IMG/VR virus record: IMGVR_UViG_3300029713_000009 | Strand: one strand, 5' to 3' | DNA length: 61,678 nucleotides | Source of the DNA: a virus | Part shown: piece after piece, positions 1 to 7,333 of the stretch | How positions within the stretch are numbered: the stretch's first letter is position 1 | How the letters are laid out: every line of letters begins with the position of its first letter | Program-made: the position numbers and the translations under genes | Notes under the pieces: model-generated | The model's input: only the letters and a program-made list of their open reading frames with translations | What the model was told of the DNA's origin: nothing | The model's database searches: none

Positions 1-89
1 CACTTTACTAAGCAACTCCTTGATTTTCAATCGTCGGGGTACCAAGATTCGAACTTGGGACCCCCTGCTCCCAAAGCAGGATTTAAATA
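1..89. repeat. Terminal direct repeat copy 1 (att core region)
   Basis: nt 1-89 identical to nt 61590-61678. Confidence 0.95.
34..80 (-). other. 3' part of tRNA-Pro(UGG), anticodon stem to discriminator; no D-arm
   Basis: Minus strand: CCTGC-TTTGGGA-GCAGG GGGTC CCAAG-TTCGAAT-CTTGG TACCCCG-A; the preceding TATTTAAAT cannot form a D-arm. Confidence 0.75.
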
Positions 90-134
90 CACATAAAAAT
101 TTAATTCTCAAACAATTAAACACTAATACAAAAT

Positions 135-155
135 AATTTGCAACAAATTTGCAAC
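135..155 (+). promoter_or_regulatory. Two direct AATTTGCAAC repeats, candidate integrase arm-type sites
   Basis: Copies at 135-144 and 146-155 (11-nt period); same motif occurs three times next to int at 61476-61514. Confidence 0.5.
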
Positions 156-420
156 ATTGTATTATTCTCCTTGAATCATGCCTCCTTGAGAATATTGTCA
201 CAGGCGAACTATTTATTATCCTTAACTCACCGAGAACAACGCCATACCATATAAATATATTTACAGCTATTGATTACAATGTCTGGGCGCAAGATGATTG
301 ACGCAATATAAAAAAACATACAAATGCAACAGAAAGTGATATACCATGTATTCCCACATAGAAAAGAAAAAAACGATTCGTAGTATTCATTTCTTCGTAG
401 AGAAATATTTTATTTAGGCT

Positions 421-672
421 TCACTCCCCCCCCCCATTAACTTTATTTAACCTTTCAATCGTTAAGCACCTTGGCTTCCCAAAATCAACTTTTATATCTT
501 TTTCTTCTCGAAGAGAAATCAAAACACTCTTCAATTCTTCAATATCCCTGCTGTTTTTGGTACATTCTCGAACACATGTAAGCACGGTTTTCGCTAAAGC
601 CTCGACCTTAACGACTAAATCAGATATAACAATCATACGCAAAAAAATTAGTATGTCATTAAAACATCTCAT
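421..672 (-). CDS. Hypothetical protein downstream of repressor
   Basis: 83-aa ORF co-oriented with repressor; C-terminal codons lie in a G10 tract; start uncertain. Confidence 0.4.
   Translation of the reverse strand: MRCFNDILIFLRMIVISDLVVKVEALAKTVLTCVRECTKNSRDIEELKSVLISLREEKDIKVDFGKPRCLTIERLNKVNGGGE
426..435. repeat. C10/G10 homopolymer tract
   Basis: Ten consecutive C on + strand inside the last codons (GGG) of ORF 421-672. Confidence 0.95.
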
Positions 673-704
673 CTAATGACTTAGTTCTTTTTTAAAGAAT
701 GTTT

Positions 705-1106
705 TTAAGCACCTTTTGACACCTTTTTTATTTCTATCATTAATCTATAAACCTCACCTTGCAGTTTTAATATCTCCTCATCTTTCCTTTTTATGATGTC
801 CTCATAAAAATTGATCATATCTGGATCAATAGATATATCATCAACTCGCTTTGATAAAGCAACGCTATCTTTTAAGGGTTGGCCTTTTCCCGTCAATATG
901 TAATCTATATTTATCCTGTCATCGTTTTCGCATAAAGCAGACAACATGTCTGACGATATCGTCTTTTCCTTACCTCCCTTAGTTACGGGATTACTCAATT
1001 GGGAAATTTTCGACTGGGCTGATTTAACCCCAAATTTGCATTCTATCATATAAGGTGTTATACCTGCCTTATCTAATGTTTCCAAAAATCTCTCTATTAC
1101 GCTCAT
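705..1106 (-). CDS. cI-like phage repressor (HTH) with C-terminal coiled coil
   Basis: N-terminus resembles the phage CI repressor HTH domain (..SQSKISQLS..NIDYILTGKGQP); divergent from Cro-like gene. Confidence 0.7.
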   Translation of the reverse strand: MSVIERFLETLDKAGITPYMIECKFGVKSAQSKISQLSNPVTKGGKEKTISSDMLSALCENDDRINIDYILTGKGQPLKDSVALSKRVDDISIDPDMINFYEDIIKRKDEEILKLQGEVYRLMIEIKKVSKGA

Positions 1107-1159
1107 GGATTAAAATTTTAAAGTATATTTGTACCAATATTTATTATAATAAATTCATC

Positions 1160-1318
1160 ATGAGAAAAATAATCAATCTTTATAATAGGTGGAGAGAACG
1201 TAGACTTAGATGGAAAGTTATCAAAATGTTATTATCGACATCTTGTAATACTTATGATCCTGCGCAAGCCATATCTGACTCCAAGAACATTATAAAGTAT
1301 ATAAAAAACAACTCTTAG
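1160..1318 (+). CDS. Small basic hypothetical protein
   Basis: 52-aa ORF (internal ATG of 1055-1318); TATATTTG box at 1124-1131 lies 29 nt upstream. Confidence 0.25.
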   Translation: MRKIINLYNRWRERRLRWKVIKMLLSTSCNTYDPAQAISDSKNIIKYIKNNS

Positions 1319-1659
1319 TCTTTTCTCGGCAATATTATTGGTATAGAGAAGCTCATAGAGGTTGACGACGCACTGCCAACATTGTCAATACTCTTATGCC
1401 CAATCCCTATTCCATTAAACATAACACCGATTCCATTTTCTCCTTTACTATTTTGATTTTCACATAGATTTATATTAAAATGTACATCTACAACCCTGCA
1501 TTTTTCTCCAATACGTTCTGGATCTAACGCACAATCTCCACTTCTAACACCTATAGGATTTATCACGGCGTTAGTCTTATTTTCATCTTGCAATTCACTT
1601 ACAGAATCAATTATATCCGATATGGCGGATTTCAAGAACTCTTTCAAATCCATAAACAA
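1315..1659 (-). CDS. Hypothetical protein, weak trypco2-like pattern
   Basis: 114 aa: N-terminal helix, then beta strands and a Gly-rich loop (GENGIGVMFNGIGIGHKS..SASSTSMSFSIPI) reminiscent of trypsin-co-occurring domain 2. Confidence 0.55.
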   Translation of the reverse strand: MFMDLKEFLKSAISDIIDSVSELQDENKTNAVINPIGVRSGDCALDPERIGEKCRVVDVHFNINLCENQNSKGENGIGVMFNGIGIGHKSIDNVGSASSTSMSFSIPIILPRKD

Positions 1660-1701
1660 CTATATTTCAATGCTATAACTAATATATGTTTTTAAACATG
1701 T

Positions 1702-1761
1702 TATACTTTATAATTTTAAAGCCAAAATTCTTTTATGCTTTAAAATTATAAAGTATATTTG
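1702..1761 (+). promoter_or_regulatory. Switch-region operator candidate (21-bp perfect inverted repeat) overlapping a -7 box
   Basis: TATACTTTATAATTTTAAAGC (1702-1722) is the reverse complement of 1737-1757; TATATTTG at 1754-1761; related half-site and box at 1110-1131. Confidence 0.6.
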
Positions 1762-1842
1762 CACCGTAATCGAATACCAAAGTAATATCAAACATGTAAG
1801 TATTCGAGTTAATGCACAAATATAACAAAAAAATATAACGAT

Positions 1843-2019
1843 ATGAGATTTAATGAAATAATAGTACCATATGGGGCTGTAACAAAAATTTCAAAGGACA
1901 CTGGCTTTACCATTACATCAGTAAGACACGCATTGAAAGGTTTTACCAACTCAGAGAACTCTAGACTTATAAGAGAAAGGGCCAAGAAATTTTATAGAGG
2001 AATCGAAGTAAAAAAATAA
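1843..2019 (+). CDS. Cro-like small HTH protein
   Basis: 58-aa ORF below the ORF-track cutoff; ..VTKISKDTGFTITSVRHALKG..; divergent from repressor; ends 5 nt before xis. Confidence 0.45.
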   Translation: MRFNEIIVPYGAVTKISKDTGFTITSVRHALKGFTNSENSRLIRERAKKFYRGIEVKK

Positions 2020-2024
2020 AGAGT

Positions 2025-2234
2025 ATGGCACGAGAGAGAAAGACAGGAAAAGTAGAGCCTATCCAAAAAATATGGCTATCAAAAGCGGAGGCTATGGCGT
2101 ATCTGGGATGCTCAGATAAATTTTTACTGACACTCAGAGATCATGCCGAGATTATGTTCGCACGATGGAACAACACCATATGGTACGACTTGAGGAGTAT
2201 TGATCGCTTCTTAAATCGGAACAAGGTAGGATGA
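2025..2234 (+). CDS. xis: Excisionase-like DNA-binding protein
   Basis: 69 aa; ..KIWLSKAEAMAYLGCSDKFLLTLRD..YDLRSIDRFL.. resembles the excisionase/MerR-type HTH_17 family. Confidence 0.6.
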   Translation: MARERKTGKVEPIQKIWLSKAEAMAYLGCSDKFLLTLRDHAEIMFARWNNTIWYDLRSIDRFLNRNKVG

Positions 2235-2240
2235 CAACCA

Positions 2241-2313
2241 AGCCCCATAGCTCAACGGATAGAGCGTCTTCCTCCTAAGAAGAAGGTTCCGGTTTCGATT
2301 ACCGGTGGGGCTA
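2241..2313 (+). tRNA. tRNA-Arg(CCU)
   Basis: Manual cloverleaf: AGCCCCA/TGGGGCT acceptor, GCTC/GAGC D-stem, TCTTC-CTCCTAA-GAAGA anticodon arm, CCGGT-TTCGATT-ACCGG T-arm, A73; no encoded CCA. Confidence 0.9.
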
Positions 2314-2563
2314 CTAAAAAAAGAGTTCTTTGACTTAGTGAATAAATCCTTATCCCCATAAGAGGATATACGTAAGAGATATAGGTATGGTGGTAAGGTT
2401 ATGATAGGCGAAGATACCGGAAGGGATGATGATCCCCCGCTCCCGATGCAGTTCAATCGGTTCCGATGTTGGAGTCTACATATTTATATTAATGTACTAT
2501 ATAGAGGATATTCCTTGGGGTGTTATGATCCAGCATTGGTAAACCCTATCCTCTGAAAATATA

Positions 2564-2609
2564 TCCCGGACTGGAGGCGAGAGCCGCTGATCGAATCGGC
2601 TTCCGGGAA
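2564..2609 (+). other. tRNA-like minihelix (acceptor-like stem plus adjacent T-arm-like hairpin)
   Basis: TCCCGGA..AGCCG-CTGATCGAAT-CGGCT-TCCGGGA-A; only 11 nt in place of D and anticodon arms. Confidence 0.3.
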
Positions 2610-2630
2610 CGAACTAAAAAAAAGAAAGAC

Positions 2631-3053
2631 ATGGAAGATATTAAGATCAAGAGAGACATTCTAGCCCTCATCGGGCAAGAACCGGTAGGGAAAATGGAGG
2701 AACTTTTCGATTGGCTAAAGGAGAATCGAAATCATGAGGATTACATGATACGTTGCGATTGCGTAAACCGTTCCTATCCAAATCATAAGGCCGTTTACGA
2801 TTGGATAATGACAGGTGATAAAGGGAAGACTGGTAACTCCTCCATCCAAAACACCGACCTATGGTATCTAAGGGAAGGAGATTTCCTTCCGGAGCCGGTA
2901 TCGGGCATTTTCAACAATCGAGGGCCGGGCAAGACGGGTATCAAGCTGCTCAAGGAAGCGGGTAACCTCTTCCCCTCAAAGGAAGAAGCTACCATAGCCT
3001 CCGAGAAGGTCAGGGAGTTCCTTTGCTCAATAAATAATCCATGGTGTCTCTAA
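2631..3053 (+). CDS. Hypothetical protein
   Basis: 140-aa ORF; 3' end overlaps the convergent ORF 3010-3246 by 44 nt. Confidence 0.55.
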   Translation: MEDIKIKRDILALIGQEPVGKMEELFDWLKENRNHEDYMIRCDCVNRSYPNHKAVYDWIMTGDKGKTGNSSIQNTDLWYLREGDFLPEPVSGIFNNRGPGKTGIKLLKEAGNLFPSKEEATIASEKVREFLCSINNPWCL

Positions 3054-3246
3054 TCCATTCAAAGGCGATTTCCAACTCCTCGATACGTTCTTGATCCAAT
3101 CCTTTCTCGCTCATGGCCTTAATGTCTATATAATGACTATTGCGAGCACATTCTATAGCATAAGAAATAAAACGTCCACGATCCTTCGGATGAGTAGAGT
3201 CAGGGAAAGTGTCTAGAAATAAATTCAACAATTCTTTTTCGTTCAT
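3010..3246 (-). CDS. Hypothetical protein
   Basis: 78-aa ORF with a clean helical-looking sequence; the only - strand gene in the early block. Confidence 0.5.
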   Translation of the reverse strand: MNEKELLNLFLDTFPDSTHPKDRGRFISYAIECARNSHYIDIKAMSEKGLDQERIEELEIAFEWIRDTMDYLLSKGTP

Positions 3247-3285
3247 AATGCTTAATTTTTTGTTTCACATCGTAAAGTTAAGCAA

Positions 3286-3340
3286 TCCCGCCAAGAGAGC
3301 CAAAGACTCGCAGGTTCCGGAGCGAGACCGGAGGCGGGAC
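3286..3340 (+). other. tRNA-like minihelix
   Basis: TCCCGCC..TCCGG-AGCGAGA-CCGGA-GGCGGGA-C; 7-bp acceptor-like stem with adjacent 5-bp hairpin and 23-nt core. Confidence 0.3.
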
Positions 3341-3473
3341 AAAACCATTTGCACTGTTTGACATGTTTATGTGTAATAAAGCTACCAAGACCTTAATATA
3401 CCGCCGTGAGGCAGGCAATTAGGGAATATTAGTTTTTACTTAAACTGTGCCGGGGTGGGATTCCCCGGCAAAC

Positions 3474-3548
3474 GCTCCCTTAGCTCAGTTGGTCGAGAGC
3501 ATTCGCCTCATAAGCGAGAGGTCGCCGGTTCAAGCCCGGCAGGGAGCA
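3474..3548 (+). tRNA. tRNA with CAU anticodon (elongator Met or Ile2), not initiator-like
   Basis: GCTCCCT/AGGGAGC acceptor (1:72 paired), GCTC/GAGC D-stem, TTCGC-CTCATAA-GCGAG, GCCGG-TTCAAGC-CCGGC, A73. Confidence 0.88.
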
Positions 3549-3604
3549 CGCTTCACCCTAACGGGTGCTTATTCAATCAGAAAATCAGTCACAATTTACA
3601 AAGC

Positions 3605-3633
3605 AGGTCTCCGTCCGTGAGGATATGAGGCCT
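3605..3633 (+). ncRNA. Conserved hairpin motif, copy 1
   Basis: AGGTCTC-[CGTCCGTGAGGATAT]-GAGGCCT; loop identical to copy 2 while the stem sequence differs. Confidence 0.6.
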
Positions 3634-3663
3634 TTCTTCCGAATTTTAAAAACAACAATATAT

Positions 3664-3894
3664 ATGATAAAGAGAAACCAAGCATGGTTCTGGAAGATAT
3701 TCCGGGCCATAAAGAGCATTATCATCTTCTCGATAAGAATGATAGCGGCTACCGTACTAGGGCTGATATCAATAGTGTCAATATTTGAGTGGTACGAAAA
3801 ACCTCTCAATATTCACCTCTTGATCCTAGCAATCATATCAATCTTTATTGTGGTACACCAAATAGTTATAATGACTTATGAGTCTGATAAATGA
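3664..3894 (+). CDS. Small membrane protein
   Basis: Hydrophobic segments (IIIFSIRMIAATVLGLISIV.., LLILAIISIFIVV); the longer 3565 GTG start runs through the hairpin, so ATG 3664 (or 3625) is preferred. Confidence 0.5.
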   Translation: MIKRNQAWFWKIFRAIKSIIIFSIRMIAATVLGLISIVSIFEWYEKPLNIHLLILAIISIFIVVHQIVIMTYESDK

Positions 3895-4035
3895 GAGACA
3901 TCTACATCAAAGACCCCGACGGCGAACCTGAGTACGACGGGGAGGAGGAAACAGAATCCGAGGACGATCGGTATCAACGAGATTGGGAAACCAGCACTTT
4001 ATATTGGTAAAGAAAATCATTCAAAATAAATAATC

Positions 4036-4872
4036 ATGGAATCAAGCAGTTACGAGGTACTTCCAGTAGAAAGCCATGAAGTACAAATTTTACAGGTAGA
4101 TGCGGTTGAGAGAGCAAACGTGGACTCACAAGTTGCGACCGCGAAAAGATATCCTAGGGATATCAGAAGGAGTATTGATAATTCCGTGGTAATGGCCACG
4201 ATGAATCAAGACACGGCAAGGTCATGCAGTTATGCCTTGCCAAGAGGAGGGAAACCTATTACTGGGCCATCCGTACACCTCGCCAAGATAATCGTATCCA
4301 ATTGGGGTAATATCAGGACTGAGGCCAAGGTTATCCAGATAACGGACAAGCAGATCATCAGCAGGGGTACATGCTGGGATCTGGAGACAAACGTAGCGTC
4401 CGCGTTCGAGGTTCGCAGGAGCATAGTGGATAGCAAGGGGAAACGTTACTCAGACGACATGATTACCGTAACGGGAAACGCCGCCAACTCCATAGCTTAT
4501 CGCAATTCCGTATTCGCCGTTATCCCCAAGGCCATAGTGGACAGGGTCTATCAAGCCGCCCAAAAATTCATCACGGGGGATCTATCCGACGCTGACAAGA
4601 TATTAAAAACGAGAACTAATATCATCAACAAGTTCAAGAACGAATACGCCATAACGGAAGAGGAGGTCATTAAGCTATGCGGCAAACAGACCAGCAATCA
4701 GATAGGCCCCGACGAGATCGCCATGCTGATCGGGATCATACAAGCGTTAAAGGACGGGGATACCACGGTAAACGATCTAATCCTTCCAATTCGTGAGACA
4801 AAGAAAGATGTCGATCAAAAAAAGGAGGCGATGAGACAGTCTAAGGGCAAAAACAAAGAGGACATGCCATGA
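4036..4872 (+). CDS. Putative single-strand annealing / recombination protein
   Basis: 278 aa; assignment rests mainly on position, overlapping the start of the downstream PD-(D/E)XK nuclease gene; family not firmly recognised. Confidence 0.4.
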   Translation: MESSSYEVLPVESHEVQILQVDAVERANVDSQVATAKRYPRDIRRSIDNSVVMATMNQDTARSCSYALPRGGKPITGPSVHLAKIIVSNWGNIRTEAKVIQITDKQIISRGTCWDLETNVASAFEVRRSIVDSKGKRYSDDMITVTGNAANSIAYRNSVFAVIPKAIVDRVYQAAQKFITGDLSDADKILKTRTNIINKFKNEYAITEEEVIKLCGKQTSNQIGPDEIAMLIGIIQALKDGDTTVNDLILPIRETKKDVDQKKEAMRQSKGKNKEDMP

Positions 4873-6962
4873 ACAAGTACTCATCCTATACCAACGCCGA
4901 GCTGGAGGAGCATTTATCAAACTACCTTATCGACTCTTGGAGTTACAGCAAGGTAGCCTCTTTCTCCCGGAACGAGAAGGAGTTCGAGAAACGGGAGATT
5001 TACCGGGAAAGATCCAGATCATCCTCCAGCACGGTAGCGGGTAACGCCTATCATTCGGCCTTGGAGTATTTCTTCATGGAGCTACAGCGCAAGGGGCAGA
5101 TAATACCGATCACGGAAATGGAGAGGGTAGCGTTCTCACACATAGAGGAGGTACACCCGAATGATTGGAAGATACAGAAAACGACACCTACCGTAGAGGA
5201 ATGCAAGATCGAGGCCACCAAGAACGCCACGAGGCTTATCAATAACTTCTACGGGGAGAAGGATATCTATCTTTCCGGTATCAAGGAGATAATCGCCGTG
5301 GAATCAAGGTGCGAGGAATGGGTAACGATAAACGGGGTGGACATCCCCCTGCCCTGCCACGCTAGGCTAGACTTGGCGATAAGGACGGAAAGCGGTCGGA
5401 CGGTCATCATAGACCATAAGTCAAGGGCCAAGTTCACCGATGACGAGGAGCTAACGTTTACCTGCGGGAAACAGGCAATGACCTACGTCAAGTGCTATGA
5501 GTCCCGCTTCGGGGAGAATGTTGACGAGGTATGGTTCGTGGAGAACAAGATCTCGAAAAACAAGGACGGCTCCTCCCAGTTGAAGAAATTCGTAATCAAT
5601 CTCGATAACGACACGAGGAAGCTTTACGAGGCCATATTGTACGAGCCGCTAAAAAGGATGATAGAGGCCGTGTCCGATCCGGATTACGTGTACATGATCA
5701 ACGATAGCGACAACTTCGTGGACAGGGCCGAGCTTTATAATTTCTGGGCCAAGACGCTGATAGCGGAGGTCGATGATTTCAACGTGCCCGAGTCAAAGAA
5801 GGAATTGATATCGAAGAGACAGAAAAAAATACGGGACGCTTCCCTTGGATCGGTAAACCCCAAGGTAATATCCGAGTTCAAGAGGAACGCTTCCTCATTC
5901 ATTCAATACGATTTATCCAATAGTAATATGACAAACAGCGAGAAAATAGAACATATCCTACGGACATTCGGGGTGATCGTGAACGTAGCCAAGGAGATTA
6001 ACGGGTACTCGTCAGACACGTATCTGCTAGAGGTATCCGCTGGAACAAAGATCACGACAGTGATGAAATACAAGCTAGACATAGCGAACGCACTGGACGT
6101 GCCATCCATAAGGATGGGTAACGAGCTTATGGTGTATGAGGGAAAATCCTACCTCTCCATAGAATCACCGAAGAAAAGAACCAAGTCCTTGTACTGGGAC
6201 AAGAAGTATATCGACGGCATGAGGATTCCCATAGGAACGGATAACTTCGGAAGGCTCGTGGTGTGGGATCTCGATAACAACTCCACGCCTCACGCCTTGA
6301 TTTGCGGAGCTACCGGTAGCGGTAAATCCGTGTGTATCATATCCACGATAGAATACGCCCGCTTAGCCGGTATCCGGGACATCGTAATTTTCGATCCGAA
6401 ATACGAGTTCTGTAATTATTCCTCCGAGAAATACATAAAGGTCTATAATGATATAGAAGAAATAGAGGCCAAGATGAAAGAGCTCGTACAGGATATGCAG
6501 GAAAGGGCTAAATCGAGGGCATCATGGAAAACGCTGGTGGTGTTCGATGAGTTCGCCGACGCGGTAGCGTCCTCCCGATCGGGAACGGAACTTGACATAA
6601 AGGAAATGGTCGAGGTTGGCCAGCGAAAGAACGCCTTCGGGTTCCTCGAGCCTAAAATGGAACTACGCACGGTCGGTCGTGAAAAGTCATTGGAGGAGAA
6701 TCTGAAGATGTTGCTACAAAAGGGACGATCGCTTGGGTTCCGGATCATGGCGGCTACGCAAAGAGCGTCGGTTAACGTGATCACGGGAGACGCTAAGGTG
6801 AATTTCCCCGTACAGATTTGCTTCCGTGTACCCAAGGAGATTGATTCCAAGGTTGTCCTTGACGAGCCGGGAGCCGAGACGTTAGGCGGCATGGGGGACG
6901 GACTAATGAAATCTCCCGAGTATCTAGGTATCGTGAGGTTCCAAGGTTTTTATAAAAAATAA
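4869..6962 (+). CDS. PD-(D/E)XK nuclease fused to FtsK/SpoIIIE-like ATPase
   Basis: N-terminus: GNAYHSALEYFF..RLDLAI..VIIDHKS. C-terminus: Walker A GATGSGKS, Walker B VVFDEFAD, ATQRAS..VITG..ICFRV..DS..VLD..GAE.L. Confidence 0.7.
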   Translation: MNKYSSYTNAELEEHLSNYLIDSWSYSKVASFSRNEKEFEKREIYRERSRSSSSTVAGNAYHSALEYFFMELQRKGQIIPITEMERVAFSHIEEVHPNDWKIQKTTPTVEECKIEATKNATRLINNFYGEKDIYLSGIKEIIAVESRCEEWVTINGVDIPLPCHARLDLAIRTESGRTVIIDHKSRAKFTDDEELTFTCGKQAMTYVKCYESRFGENVDEVWFVENKISKNKDGSSQLKKFVINLDNDTRKLYEAILYEPLKRMIEAVSDPDYVYMINDSDNFVDRAELYNFWAKTLIAEVDDFNVPESKKELISKRQKKIRDASLGSVNPKVISEFKRNASSFIQYDLSNSNMTNSEKIEHILRTFGVIVNVAKEINGYSSDTYLLEVSAGTKITTVMKYKLDIANALDVPSIRMGNELMVYEGKSYLSIESPKKRTKSLYWDKKYIDGMRIPIGTDNFGRLVVWDLDNNSTPHALICGATGSGKSVCIISTIEYARLAGIRDIVIFDPKYEFCNYSSEKYIKVYNDIEEIEAKMKELVQDMQERAKSRASWKTLVVFDEFADAVASSRSGTELDIKEMVEVGQRKNAFGFLEPKMELRTVGREKSLEENLKMLLQKGRSLGFRIMAATQRASVNVITGDAKVNFPVQICFRVPKEIDSKVVLDEPGAETLGGMGDGLMKSPEYLGIVRFQGFYKK

Positions 6963-6967
6963 CGGCC

Positions 6968-7156
6968 ATGGTTAAAAGGTACCAGCTATCCGAGTCTTTC
7001 ATTAAAACACTGTCCCGCCATCTATCGGTTATCCTAGAACACGTGGATTCCAAGGGAAGACCAAGGATAGCCGATACCGTAAGATTGGCCAAAAAGGATC
7101 TAAAGAAACTCGAGAAAATAATCCAAGATGAAAGAACTGATATTATGCCTCAATGA
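6968..7156 (+). CDS. Hypothetical protein
   Basis: 62-aa ORF in operon context. Confidence 0.45.
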   Translation: MVKRYQLSESFIKTLSRHLSVILEHVDSKGRPRIADTVRLAKKDLKKLEKIIQDERTDIMPQ

Positions 7157-7328
7157 GGCTTGCTCTAAAAAGCATTGCCTCTGCCATCAACGGCAAAAGC
7201 ATTGGACAGCCCCGTCTAAAAAAGATGGGGAAACTGTGAGGCCGGAATCGGCCTTACTTGACGGGAATACTCCTTGCAAAGGATATATCCCACAATATGA
7301 CAGAAAAAAGTATAACATTAATTATTAA
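7128..7328 (+). CDS. Hypothetical Cys/His-rich small protein
   Basis: 66-aa ORF overlapping the previous ORF by 29 nt. Confidence 0.3.
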   Translation: MKELILCLNEACSKKHCLCHQRQKHWTAPSKKDGETVRPESALLDGNTPCKGYIPQYDRKKYNINY

Positions 7329-7333
7329 AGTAT

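Noticed and set aside
2211-2456. 81-aa - strand ORF overlapping tRNA-Arg.
   Set aside because: It runs antisense through a canonical tRNA gene and has a Ser/Leu/Pro-rich junk-like composition.
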